A DNA stretch of 64,000 nt from Thermoproteota archaeon (GTDB taxonomy: Archaea; Korarchaeota; Korarchaeia; Korarchaeales; Korarchaeaceae): positions 32,001 through 96,000 of the forward strand of contig JAOZFN010000005.1 of assembly GCA_027492205.1 (NCBI GenBank). Reading direction: 5' to 3'. A program made the position numbers and the translations under genes. The notes below the pieces were generated by a model. It was not told the origin of the DNA. It saw only the letters and a program-made list of their open reading frames with translations, and made no database searches. Shown here piece by piece: positions 54,889-64,000 of the stretch; within the stretch, counting starts at the first letter, position 1, and every line of letters starts with the position of its first letter.

Positions 54889-55782
54889 TCAGAGGAATAT
54901 CGTCCCCTGAGCTTCGAGCCTCTCCAGCGCCTCCCACCTGGACAGGAAGGCCCTCTCCAGCTCCTCTATGTCCGCGTCGGTCAGGTGTCTGAACCTCTTC
55001 TGCAGGCTGACGTAATCTTTCAGCGGCCTCCTGCGCGGCTTCACGGTTATCTTCAACTTTCCGTGCTCTACCTCGAACAGCGGCCATACGTACGTGTCCA
55101 CAGCCAGCTTGGCGATCTCGACAGTCTTGTCCACGGGGAAGTTCCACCCCGTCGGGCAGGGTGCGAAGATCTGGATGTACCTGAAGCCCCTCATCTGCTT
55201 GGCCTTCTCCAACTTCTTCAGGAAGTCCGCCGGGTAGCCTATGCTCGCCGTGGCCACGTACGGGACGCCGTGGGCGGCCACGATCAGCGCCATGTTCTTC
55301 TTCATCTCGGCCTTCCCCGTCGGGGTCGTCTTCGTCCAAGCCTTGGGCGGGGTCGCCCCGGACCTCTGGATTCCGGTGTTCATGTACGCCTCGTTGTCGT
55401 AGCAGATGTAGATCATGTCCTCGTTCCTCTCGGCCGCCCCCGAGAGGGCCTGGAGGCCGATGTCGTACGTGCCCCCGTCTCCGGCCCACGCCACCACGTG
55501 GACGTCTTCCTCGCCCATTGCCCTCAGGGCCCTGGCCATTCCCGAAGCCGTGGAGGCCGCGGCGGCAAAAGCCATGTTGTACACGGGGAACTTGAAGGCG
55601 CTCTTCGGGTAGGGCCCCTGGATGACGCTGGTGCAGCAGGCCGGTATGACGAAGACGGCCCTACCCCCCAATATCTTCAGGACCCACTTCAGCGCGATCT
55701 GGGCGCCGCAACCCGGACATGCCGCAGACCCCGGGAGGACGTACTTGGGACCCCTCGCCAGGTCCATGACGGTCTTCGCCAT
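54889..55782 (-). CDS. porB: 2-oxoacid (pyruvate/ketoisovalerate):ferredoxin oxidoreductase beta subunit
   Basis: ACPGCG, GDGGTYDIG, YDNEAYMNTGIQRS, PCPTGW. Confidence 0.92.
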   Translation of the reverse strand: MAKTVMDLARGPKYVLPGSAACPGCGAQIALKWVLKILGGRAVFVIPACCTSVIQGPYPKSAFKFPVYNMAFAAAASTASGMARALRAMGEEDVHVVAWAGDGGTYDIGLQALSGAAERNEDMIYICYDNEAYMNTGIQRSGATPPKAWTKTTPTGKAEMKKNMALIVAAHGVPYVATASIGYPADFLKKLEKAKQMRGFRYIQIFAPCPTGWNFPVDKTVEIAKLAVDTYVWPLFEVEHGKLKITVKPRRRPLKDYVSLQKRFRHLTDADIEELERAFLSRWEALERLEAQGTIFL

Positions 55783-55789
55783 CCAAACA

Positions 55790-56992
55790 TCACCTCCTCA
55801 GCTTGTACCACTCCACGGGCCTGACCCTGCCCTCTTTCACCCTCTCCTCCGCGATCTTCACGATCTCAGCTATGTCCTCGTAGGTTATGTCGCGCCCGCC
55901 GAGCCCCGTGACGAACCCGACGACGGGGGTCGACACCCCAGCGGTGAAGAGGGCGGCCCTGATGTCGGTGGCCAGCGGGCCAGCCTGACCGAACGAGAGG
56001 CTCCTGTCGAGCACGACGATCGCCTTTCTACCCTCCGCCAGCCTCGCTATCTCTTCCCCTGGGAACGGCCTGTAGCTCCTCACCTTAACGAGCCCTACGC
56101 CCTTGCCCCCAGACCTCAGGAGGTCCACGGCCTCCTCGGCCTCCGAGGCCAGGGTCCCTGTGGCCACGACGAGAATGTCCGCGTCTTCTGTCTCGTACTC
56201 CCACAGGAGGTCCCCGTGGTACCTGCCAAAGGCCCGCTTGAACTCCCCGGCCACCTCCCTGATGGCCTCTTTGGCCCTGAGCATGGCCTCGTGGATGGAC
56301 CACCTCATCTCCATGTACTCCCTCTCCGGCATGACGAGGTTACCGTAGGTGATCGGCCGATCGGGGTCCATGGCCCAGTGAGGAGGCCTGTACTCGGGTA
56401 AGAAGGCGTCCACATCCGCCTGATCCGGTATGTGGACGGGCTGGAACGTGTGGCTGAGCACGAACCCGTCGAGGCAGACCATGAACGGGAGGAGCACGTC
56501 GGGCCTCTCGGCCACCTTGTACATCATCAAGACGGTGTCGAGGGCCTCCTGGTTGGAGGAGACGAACTGAATCATCCAGCCGGTGTCCCTCTGGGAGACG
56601 GCGTCTTGGTGATCCACGTGGATGCTCCAGGGGGGCCCCACTGCCCTGTTCACCACGGCCATCCCGATCGGCAGCCTCGAGCCGACGGCCCAGTGGAGAA
56701 CCTCGTGCATCAGCAGGAGCCCCTGGCTGGCGGTGGCCGTGAAGGTCCTGGCGCCGACGGCCGCGGCCCCTATGGCGGCGGCCATGGCGCTGTGCTCGCT
56801 CTCCACCCGAATATACTCGGCGTCCATCTCTCCCCTCTCGATGAAGTCCGCGATGTACTCCACTATCGTGGTCTGCGGCGTGATCGGGTATGCTGGAACG
56901 ACCTTGACGCGGGCCAGCCTGGCCGCGTGCGCAACGGCGTGGTTTCCCGTGATTATGTCCCACTTCCCCCTCTCTGCCTGCCTCTGGATCAT
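55790..56992 (-). CDS. porA: 2-oxoacid:ferredoxin oxidoreductase alpha subunit
   Basis: GNHAVA, YPITPQT, ESEHSA, TASQGL, NRA, DGFVLSH, GLGGRD. Confidence 0.93.
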   Translation of the reverse strand: MIQRQAERGKWDIITGNHAVAHAARLARVKVVPAYPITPQTTIVEYIADFIERGEMDAEYIRVESEHSAMAAAIGAAAVGARTFTATASQGLLLMHEVLHWAVGSRLPIGMAVVNRAVGPPWSIHVDHQDAVSQRDTGWMIQFVSSNQEALDTVLMMYKVAERPDVLLPFMVCLDGFVLSHTFQPVHIPDQADVDAFLPEYRPPHWAMDPDRPITYGNLVMPEREYMEMRWSIHEAMLRAKEAIREVAGEFKRAFGRYHGDLLWEYETEDADILVVATGTLASEAEEAVDLLRSGGKGVGLVKVRSYRPFPGEEIARLAEGRKAIVVLDRSLSFGQAGPLATDIRAALFTAGVSTPVVGFVTGLGGRDITYEDIAEIVKIAEERVKEGRVRPVEWYKLRR

Positions 56993-57255
56993 TCTCTCAC
57001 CTCCGGCACCATATCTATGGCCTTAGTGGGGCACTCGTTCGCGCAGATCCCGCACCCCTTGCAGAACTCGTAGTCCACAACCGGGTATCCGTCCGGGCCC
57101 TCGTCGATCACATCCTCCATGCAGTAGAGGGCGCACACCCAGCACCTGACGCACTTGCCCTTGTCTATCACGGGTTTGAATACCCTCCACAACCCGGTCC
57201 GACCAGCGGCAGCCTCCGCCGGGTTCGAGATCGGAATGACAACGTCAGAAGGCAT
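56989..57255 (-). CDS. porD: 2-oxoacid:ferredoxin oxidoreductase delta subunit (2x[4Fe-4S])
   Basis: TGLWR..KP, CVRCWVC...C, YEFCKGCGICANECP. Confidence 0.92.
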   Translation of the reverse strand: MPSDVVIPISNPAEAAAGRTGLWRVFKPVIDKGKCVRCWVCALYCMEDVIDEGPDGYPVVDYEFCKGCGICANECPTKAIDMVPEVRE

Positions 57256-57398
57256 GCCTTTACCTCACCAACCCTCACGGAGGCCCGGGCCCCGAATCGA
57301 CTAAATCTTTTCCATACTATGTGGAGCGGCCTGACGGTCTACGGCGGCCGCGCGCCGCGCGCGGTGAGCCAAAAACGGTAGAAAGAGTATCGGGGGGC

Positions 57399-57650
57399 TC
57401 AGAAGCCCCTCTCGGGTCTTCCGCCCCTCTCGGGCATGGCCTCCTCCTTGACGAGGAGGGTCATGCCCTCAAACTGGAGCTCCAGGGTGCTTCCGCCCAG
57501 CGCTCCTGGCTTGACGCTGACCTCAATCGGGTCAGTCTCCCTCATGGGATAGAAGATCTTCCAGACCTGGCTCTTCAGCCCGGGCTGCCTCTGCTCCAGG
57601 AACTCCAGTATCCGGTCGGTCATCGGCACACCGACGCGTCTGGCAGACAT
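57399..57650 (-). CDS. hypothetical protein (83 aa)
   Basis: GGGTGAG RBS, host-like codon usage; no recognised motif. Confidence 0.6.
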   Translation of the reverse strand: MSARRVGVPMTDRILEFLEQRQPGLKSQVWKIFYPMRETDPIEVSVKPGALGGSTLELQFEGMTLLVKEEAMPERGGRPERGF

Positions 57651-58036
57651 GATCTCACCCTACCTCGCTCTGCCCCGAGCGGGGCGCGGTGGCACGGAGG
57701 TCTGCAGATATTTAAGGATTTTCGCATATTGTCTGGAAAATAAGGATTCAAACAGACATGGATCTCTGCAGGACGGTATGTGAGGCGAATATGCGATGAA
57801 CCCGGCTTATCTGGACCCTCAGAGCTTCCGATTCAAGGGAGTAACATTTCACGGATGTAAAATATAGCTTTGGGATGGAGGGGTGGCGAATAGGCCAGCT
57901 GGTTTAACATAAATCTCGGATAGAGGACAATATTATCGACGAGTATACCCTACGTCCGGCTACAAAACGACCGATGTCTAATGACGAAGCTTAGTTTATT
58001 AGGTTCCGACCTCCTATAGAGACCGGGGGTGATGGG

Positions 58037-58222
58037 ATGGAGATCGATTACATCGATGGTGCGTCCCCCATTGTAGCCGATGACTGGGATACCGCCTTGT
58101 ACGTGATGTACCTCTACCTCGCCTCAAGGCCCGAGTTCGAGCCGCTAGTGGAGGTGGAGGTTACTAGGGCCGAGGGTGAGTCGCGCCCGGAGAAGGTTAA
58201 AGGGACCGTCGTATCCGGCTGA
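58037..58222 (+). CDS. small acidic hypothetical protein (61 aa) upstream of agmatinase
   Basis: GGGGGTGA RBS, TTTATTA box upstream, 19 nt before speB. Confidence 0.55.
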   Translation: MEIDYIDGASPIVADDWDTALYVMYLYLASRPEFEPLVEVEVTRAEGESRPEKVKGTVVSG

Positions 58223-58241
58223 GCCGGGGTAGCAGTCCCGG

Positions 58242-59129
58242 ATGACCAGGCCGAAGGGGCCTTGGGGCCCAGAGCGAGCCTTTCTAGGGTATAGTGTGCC
58301 CTACGAGGACGCACGCTACGTCATCTTGCCCGTACCCTACGACTCCACCGCCAGCTGCCGGCCCGGGGCCAGGTTCGGCCCGAGGCAGATAATAGACAGC
58401 TCTGCCCTCTTGGAGACCTTTGACCCCTACACGGGACGCGACCTGTCTGAGCTGCCCATTCACACTCTCCCTGAGGCCTCGGTTCCAAGGGCTGATCACG
58501 ACAAGGCCTTGAGGCTCGTCGAAGACATAACGCGGTCGATAGTCTCAGACGGGAAGGTTCCGATAATCCTCGGGGGAGATCACAGCGTGACCATAGGCGC
58601 GTTCCTGGGGGCTCAGTCGACGGGGCGCCTCGCGTTCATCAGCTTAGATGCTCACCTGGACTCGTACGGAGAGTTCGAGGGAAGTCCACTGGGTCACGCG
58701 TCCGTCACTGCCAGGTGCTCGGAGCGGGCCGTCGCGTCGATTGTGGTGGGCGCCAGGGCCGCCGGTCGGGAGGAGGTGAGGGTCGCGCGAGAGAGGGGGG
58801 TCGAGATCATCTGGGCGTGGGAGCTGAAGGAGAATCTCTCCAAGCTGGCCGCCGCGCTCGAGAATCTCCAGGGAATGCGGGCCTACATCAGCTTTGACGT
58901 CGACGTCCTGGACCCCTCACTGGTACCCTGCACGGGCTGTCCGGAGCCTGGAGGCCTCGACTGGTACGAGGCCGTCCGGGCCCTCGAACTCATAATGCGA
59001 GCGGTGAGGCCAGTCGCACTCGACTTCGTGGAGTTAGGTGACTGCCGTGCCCGGCCCGACGCCCCATACCTCGTCGCAAAGTTGGTGGCTCACGCCCTCG
59101 GCGCGTTGGACTCTCTAAGTAACGTCTGA
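58242..59129 (+). CDS. speB: agmatinase (ureohydrolase family)
   Basis: PYD.T...RPGARFGP, GGDHS, DAHLD, SFDVDVLDP...TG.PEPGG, DFVE. Confidence 0.9.
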   Translation: MTRPKGPWGPERAFLGYSVPYEDARYVILPVPYDSTASCRPGARFGPRQIIDSSALLETFDPYTGRDLSELPIHTLPEASVPRADHDKALRLVEDITRSIVSDGKVPIILGGDHSVTIGAFLGAQSTGRLAFISLDAHLDSYGEFEGSPLGHASVTARCSERAVASIVVGARAAGREEVRVARERGVEIIWAWELKENLSKLAAALENLQGMRAYISFDVDVLDPSLVPCTGCPEPGGLDWYEAVRALELIMRAVRPVALDFVELGDCRARPDAPYLVAKLVAHALGALDSLSNV

Positions 59130-59665
59130 GTTCTCATCACCCTGACCACCAGGATTTCCGCGATTCCGGCCAACGCCAGGATCTCGACCCAGGCCTTCAG
59201 GAGTATCCCGAGAATAACCCCCCTCGACAGGAAGGCCGCCTGCTCGGGAGGGAGCAGGACCCTCCTCGCGAGTTCCAGCGTTGCGTAGGTGAATACAGAC
59301 TCTGGGACGTATCCCAAGGGGACCGCGAGCGAGGGTCGAAGCTTTCGCCCCAAAACCCCGACGAAGAAGCCCGTCATGGCCTTTCCCGGAAATATCAGCA
59401 GGCCGATCACTATCGGGAGGTATCCCATCAGGGAGAACCTGACGAACGGGAAGGCCGCCACTAGTGCGCCTGTCAGGGCCCCCCAGACCGGCCCCAGGGT
59501 GTACGCGGCCACTATCGTGGCGAGGTGGGAGAGGTCAAGCGCGATCTGCGGGTGAAGGTTCCCAACTTCCATTGAAAGCACCGCGAGGGCGTTCCCTAGC
59601 GCCCCCAGCATGCCCGCGAAGACCGCCTTTCCGTTGACATCGGATCTCTGGGCCGGCCGATCCAT
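59090..59665 (-). CDS. ECF transporter S component-like membrane protein (likely start ATG 59665)
   Basis: About 5-6 TM helices, IALDLSH...GPVWGALTG pattern. Confidence 0.72.
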   Translation of the reverse strand: MDRPAQRSDVNGKAVFAGMLGALGNALAVLSMEVGNLHPQIALDLSHLATIVAAYTLGPVWGALTGALVAAFPFVRFSLMGYLPIVIGLLIFPGKAMTGFFVGVLGRKLRPSLAVPLGYVPESVFTYATLELARRVLLPPEQAAFLSRGVILGILLKAWVEILALAGIAEILVVRVMRTQTLLRESNAPRA

Positions 59666-59706
59666 AGTGACTACAAATGGGCAGATATCCACTTATGGTA
59701 TAAAGG

Positions 59707-60849
59707 TTACGGGACCTCCGGGAGCACCACGCCCCTGCCCTCCAGCTGCTCCGCCATCTCACCCACAAGCCTCTTCAGGCCCAGACCGGTCTTGGCCGAC
59801 ACGGTTATGTGGGGGGCCTCCTCAATCAGGTCCACGTAGTCCCTGACTCTCGCCCTGAGCGTGGCGTCGTCGAGCAGGTCGGCCTTGTTGAACACAACGA
59901 GGATGTCCTCCGGACCCTTCCCGAGCTCCCTGAGCAGCCTGAGCGACTCCGATATCTTCACCTCGGCCACCTCGGGCTTGTCAGCGACGTCGACGACCAT
60001 CAGGGCGAGCTGCGAGTACTGCATGTCGATCACGTTCAGCCTGAACGAGTGGATGAGCCTCGGGTCGAGGTCGAGCACGAACCCGATCGTGTCCACGAGG
60101 TAGACCCGACCGTCCATGAGCCCGGCGTACTTGCTGGACAGTGTGGTGAAGGGCTGGGGGCTGACCGGCTTGTCCAGACCCGTGAGGGCATTGAACAGGC
60201 TGGTCTTGCCGGCGTTGTAGTAGCCAGTGATGACCACGATCTTCCCGCCGGACTCCAGGCGCTTCCTCACCCTCTCCAGCTTCTGCCTCTCCAGCCTCTC
60301 GATCTTCCTCCGGAGGATCTTCATCCTCCTCTGAACCGCGTTCACCGCCCTGTGGTAGGCGTACTCACCCCCGCCGAGGAAGCCGGCGCGCATCCTCAGG
60401 AACTTCTTCGCGGCGGCCAGCTTGATGTAGGGGAGGGCCTTGCTGAGGGCGGCCAGGTCTATCTGGAGCTTGGAGATGACGTCGCTGGCCGCCTCCCTGA
60501 AGATCCTGAGGGTGACCTCATACCTGTCAACCACCTCGACGCCGAGGGCCCCCTCGAGGTTCCACTTCTGCTTGCTCGTCAGCGTGTTGTAGAACACCAC
60601 GAGGGCTGGGTCTATCTGCCTGACCTTCTCTCGGAGTTCCTCGACCTTGCCCCTGCCCAGAACGTAGTTGACGGTTGGCTTCGTCCTGACCTGTATCACA
60701 CGGTAGACTGGCGCGTAGCCCAGCGTCTGAAGCAGGTTCTCCAGCTCCCCCATCTGGATCTTGTAAAGGTGATGGTCGTGGGGGTTGGTCTTCACCATCA
60801 CCGTGATTACCTTGGGCCTCCTAGCCACTCTTCGCCCTCCCCTTCTCAC
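59707..60849 (-). CDS. hflX: GTPase HflX
   Basis: GRGKVEE, VVDR...L.IF, KLQI.LA, GGGE, GYYNAGKT, FTTL, DTIGF, NKAD. Confidence 0.9.
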   Translation of the reverse strand: MRRGGRRVARRPKVITVMVKTNPHDHHLYKIQMGELENLLQTLGYAPVYRVIQVRTKPTVNYVLGRGKVEELREKVRQIDPALVVFYNTLTSKQKWNLEGALGVEVVDRYEVTLRIFREAASDVISKLQIDLAALSKALPYIKLAAAKKFLRMRAGFLGGGEYAYHRAVNAVQRRMKILRRKIERLERQKLERVRKRLESGGKIVVITGYYNAGKTSLFNALTGLDKPVSPQPFTTLSSKYAGLMDGRVYLVDTIGFVLDLDPRLIHSFRLNVIDMQYSQLALMVVDVADKPEVAEVKISESLRLLRELGKGPEDILVVFNKADLLDDATLRARVRDYVDLIEEAPHITVSAKTGLGLKRLVGEMAEQLEGRGVVLPEVP

Positions 60850-60891
60850 CTGGCCGTCGGCGATCCGGGTTAATTAATCTATCCGTGACTC

Positions 60892-62247
60892 TCAGCCGAA
60901 TTTTGGCCTCTCGTAGAGCTCCTTGGGCCCCTTTATCGTGGCGTCGATGATCATCTTCGCGTAGGGAAGCCTCACCCTCCGGACCTCTCCATCGATCTCC
61001 ACGAGCGCGAGGTTGCTGTGGTCGAGGGAGGAGCCGAGGACGTTCCCTATCACCATGAAGTCCCTGGGCGGGTAGGTCCTCTGGACGACGGCCCTCATGA
61101 GCTGCTCGTAGTCGTAGACGTCCACGTCGGAGTCAACGACTATGACCCTCTTCAGGCTCTTGTGGGCCGCCATCATGGCCAGGGCAACCTGGACGGCCTG
61201 ACCCTCGTACTCCTTCTCAATAGCGACAGCCGCCTCTATCCACCTTCCCCCGGCGGGGGTCATGGCGACCCCGACCACCTTGGCGTGCCTGGAGGCGGCC
61301 TCCCACAGGACTGGCTCGACCGGGAGGCCCATCAAGAGCTCGTGCTCCCTCCCGCCGGGCAGGATCGCCTGATAGATGGCGTCGGACCGCATCCTGATGG
61401 ACTTGACCTCCATCACGGGCTGCTTTCGAACTATGTCCTTCCCGAAGATCTCGTAGAATGGACCCTCGTCCGCCCGCTCTCCGGGGAGTATCCGACCCTC
61501 CAGGAGAATCTCGGCCTCGACAGGAGCGTCCGCGTCGACGCTCTCGCACGGCGTGAGCCTGACGGGCCTCCCCTCCACGGCGCCGGCGATCGCGAGCTTG
61601 TCCCTGTCCTCAGCAGGGATGGCGCCTGCCAGCATCAGTCCGGGGCCCACGCCAATCGCCACCGCGACGTCGAGGGGCCTCCCCTCCGCCTCGGCTTCGG
61701 CTATCAGCCTGTGGAGCTTCCGGCCCTCGACGGCCCTCAGCACCACCCTGTCTCTCGAGATGGGCATCATCCTGTGGTACGAGGCGGAGTACCCCCCCGT
61801 GGCCTCGTCCCTGACCACCACTATTCCGGCCGTGATGTAAGGGCCGGCCTCTCCAACGTAGTGCCTCAGTATGGGGAGCCTCTCCAGGTTCACCGGCTCC
61901 ACCTTCAGGTCCCACTCTGGGGTGTGGCCAGGGCTCGGCGGCACTCCCGAGTCCACTGCCGACCGGAGGACGCGCCAGATCTCCCTCGGGTTAACGCCTA
62001 GGAGTTTTGCCATCAGCTCCCTGCCGGACGCCACTCCCCCCACCACCCTGAACTGACTGATCTCCCCCGTCCTGAGCACGGGAGACGTGAACAGGGCGGC
62101 GGAGCGGCCTTCCGTAGACGCCAAGCTCTTGGCTATCTCGTAATCCACGCTGAGCCTGTCTCCAAAAACCCTCAGCAGGCCCGCCTCCTCGAGGTCCTCC
62201 AGAGACCTCCTCAGACCTGTTGCCGTCACCTTGGGCTCTCTCGGCAA
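60892..62247 (-). CDS. UbiD-family prFMN decarboxylase (candidate anhydromevalonate phosphate decarboxylase of the archaeal mevalonate pathway)
   Basis: LPILRHY..EAGPYITAG, SYHRM, EGPFYE, ILPGGREH..LMGLP, VIVVDSDVD, SSLD, IIDAT. Confidence 0.88.
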   Translation of the reverse strand: MPREPKVTATGLRRSLEDLEEAGLLRVFGDRLSVDYEIAKSLASTEGRSAALFTSPVLRTGEISQFRVVGGVASGRELMAKLLGVNPREIWRVLRSAVDSGVPPSPGHTPEWDLKVEPVNLERLPILRHYVGEAGPYITAGIVVVRDEATGGYSASYHRMMPISRDRVVLRAVEGRKLHRLIAEAEAEGRPLDVAVAIGVGPGLMLAGAIPAEDRDKLAIAGAVEGRPVRLTPCESVDADAPVEAEILLEGRILPGERADEGPFYEIFGKDIVRKQPVMEVKSIRMRSDAIYQAILPGGREHELLMGLPVEPVLWEAASRHAKVVGVAMTPAGGRWIEAAVAIEKEYEGQAVQVALAMMAAHKSLKRVIVVDSDVDVYDYEQLMRAVVQRTYPPRDFMVIGNVLGSSLDHSNLALVEIDGEVRRVRLPYAKMIIDATIKGPKELYERPKFG

Positions 62248-62293
62248 GCCCGCGGAACCATTTAAATAAGCGGATCTGCGGGATGGGCTGAGA

Positions 62294-63601
62294 ATGTCTT
62301 CTGGGTCGGGGGAAGTGGCGAGGACGCACCTGATCTCACAGGTCGGGCCCGACCTGGAGGGACAGGAGGTCGGCCTGGCTGGCTGGGTCTACCGATATCG
62401 AGACCTGGGCTCCGTCGTCTTCATCGTGCTGAGGGACGCCACTGGCATAATTCAGGCGGTAGTCAGGTCGGAGGAGGTGGAGCCGGATAGCTGGGAGGCG
62501 GCCAAGAGGGCCGATGTGGAGGCCTCCGTGAAGCTGGCAGGCGTCGTGAGGCTGGATCCCAGGGCCCCCGGCGGGGTGGAGGTCAGGGCCACCAGGTTCA
62601 AACTGGTCGGCGAGTCTCCGGACTTCCCCATAAAGAAGGACACCGGAGTGGAGTTCAGGCTCGACAAGAGGCACTTGGACATCCGGAGCAGGAGGATGTG
62701 GGCGGCCCTGAGAATTCGAGCTGAGTTCATAGCGGGCCTGAGGGAGTGGTTCGACTCCAACGGCTTCATCCCGGTTGAGGCCCCGACGTTCGTCAGCGCC
62801 GCGGTGGAGGGGGGAGCCACCCTCTTCGAACTCAACTACTTCGGCAGGAAGGCCTACCTCACCCAGAGCTCCCAGTTCTACCTTGAGGCCGCGATCTTCA
62901 CCTTTGAGAAGGTCTACACAATCCAGCCGAGTTTCAGGGCGGAGAAGTCCAGAACCAGGAGGCACCTCACCGAGTTCTGGCACGCCGAGGCCGAGATGGC
63001 CTGGCACGACCTCGACGCGATGATGGACGTCGCGGAGGCTCTGGTGGATCACGCGGTTCATCGGGTGTACGAGAACAGGAAGGAGGAGCTTGAGATACTT
63101 GGAAGGAAGTTCGAGCCACCTCAGAGGCCCTATCCTCGGATCTCCTACGACGAGGCCATAGACATAGCCCAGTCCAAGGGAGTTCAGATCGAGTGGGGGG
63201 ACGACATGTCCACCGAGGCTGAGAGGGTCGTGTCGCTGGAGTTCGACAGGCCGGTCTTCGTCTGCAGGTATCCGAAGCAGGCCAAGGCCTTCTACCACGC
63301 GCCCGACCCAGCGAGACCCGAGGTGGTCCTCTGCGCGGATCTCCTCGCCCCCGAGGGCATAGGGGAGATAATAGGCGGCGGCCAGAGGATACACTCCTAC
63401 GACGAGCTGGTGGCGAGGATCAGGGAGGAGGGCCTCAGGGTTGAGGACTACGAGTGGTACCTCGACCTGAGGAGGTACGGTTCGGTCCCCCACGCCGGCT
63501 TCGGCCTCGGCGTCGAGAGGACCGTCAGGTGGATCGCAGGCATACCGCACATCAGGGACGCGGTGGCCTTCCCGAGGACGCCGACGAGGCTGACCCCCTA
63601 A
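62294..63601 (+). CDS. asnS: asparaginyl-tRNA synthetase
   Basis: OB-fold LRDATG, EGGATLF, YLTQSSQFYLE, FRAEKSRTRRHLTEF, GGGQR, GSVPHAGFGLG.ER. Confidence 0.95.
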   Translation: MSSGSGEVARTHLISQVGPDLEGQEVGLAGWVYRYRDLGSVVFIVLRDATGIIQAVVRSEEVEPDSWEAAKRADVEASVKLAGVVRLDPRAPGGVEVRATRFKLVGESPDFPIKKDTGVEFRLDKRHLDIRSRRMWAALRIRAEFIAGLREWFDSNGFIPVEAPTFVSAAVEGGATLFELNYFGRKAYLTQSSQFYLEAAIFTFEKVYTIQPSFRAEKSRTRRHLTEFWHAEAEMAWHDLDAMMDVAEALVDHAVHRVYENRKEELEILGRKFEPPQRPYPRISYDEAIDIAQSKGVQIEWGDDMSTEAERVVSLEFDRPVFVCRYPKQAKAFYHAPDPARPEVVLCADLLAPEGIGEIIGGGQRIHSYDELVARIREEGLRVEDYEWYLDLRRYGSVPHAGFGLGVERTVRWIAGIPHIRDAVAFPRTPTRLTP

Positions 63602-63606
63602 CCCCC

Positions 63607-64000
63607 TCACTCAAACCGGGCGAGGGACCCGCCCCCCTCCCCCTCCGTCTGACCGTTGTAGCGAGCCTCCAGGAGAGACCTCAGCCTCCGCGCCCTCTTC
63701 TCGCCAATCACCGACCTGAGTTCCGGGAAGCTGGCCTGGAAGACCCTCTTGAGCGTCCCGAACCTCTTGAGGAGGGCCTCCGCGCTCTTGGGGCCTATGC
63801 CTGGGACGCTGGTCAACACGTAGAGCTGCGCCTCGGACAGGCTCGCGAGCTTGGGTCGCCTCCTCGCCACCACGGGGCCGCCCCGCCCCTCCCTGGCCAG
63901 CGCGGCGATGAACCAGCATGTCTGGTCCCGGTCCGCCAGGCAAACCACGCTCGCGCCCATCCGCAGGAGGCCCGCCATGGCCCCCGCGATCACGCGCCCC
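63607..64000 (-). CDS. XPF/ERCC4-family structure-specific nuclease, C-terminal HhH2 part (5-prime end beyond the window)
   Basis: Q.YVL..VPGIGPK.A..LL..FGTL..V..AS..EL..VIGEKRA. Confidence 0.8.
   Translation of the reverse strand, partial: GRVIAGAMAGLLRMGASVVCLADRDQTCWFIAALAREGRGGPVVARRRPKLASLSEAQLYVLTSVPGIGPKSAEALLKRFGTLKRVFQASFPELRSVIGEKRARRLRSLLEARYNGQTEGEGGGSLARFE

Noticed and set aside
62336-63610. Long antisense ORFs (424 aa opposite asnS; also 59809..60873, 61018..62001, 48829..49728, 54985..55824, 35716..36552, 29271..30068)
   Set aside because: Shadow ORFs expected from high GC3 codon usage; they fully overlap well-conserved genes and carry no recognisable motifs
1-64000. CRISPR arrays, transposases/integrases, rRNA, Sec/Pyl read-through or frameshifted genes
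   Set aside because: No regularly spaced repeats, recombinase or transposase motifs, rRNA-like sequence, or conserved genes interrupted by stops were seen by eye

Overview
Gene-dense, GC-rich archaeal chromosome segment, almost all housekeeping. TFB/TBP, RpoK/RpoP, Alba, thermosome, GINS-MCM-Hel308, archaeosine TGT, class I LysRS and a BHB-intron tRNA identify an archaeon, probably thermophilic and TACK-like (e.g. Korarchaeota; the taxon is an inference). It holds about 60 CDS and 5 tRNAs (Gly-TCC with a 15-nt intron, Thr-GGT, Leu-CAA, Pro-GGG, Leu-TAA). A complete A/V-type ATP synthase is split into two convergent operons. There are two inteins: one in MCM with a degenerate endonuclease, and one in the non-catalytic ATP synthase B subunit with intact LAGLIDADG motifs. 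Other highlights: an oapABC/arvABC-like small-GTPase operon (vesicle-biogenesis module described in haloarchaea), a tRNA-Gly with C33 instead of the near-universal U33, a radical SAM enzyme whose CX3CX2C motif is split by a ferredoxin-like Cys insert, and a WecB-RCK_C fusion. No CRISPR array, transposase, integrase or rRNA was seen. All calls come from motif recognition by eye; no database search was run.
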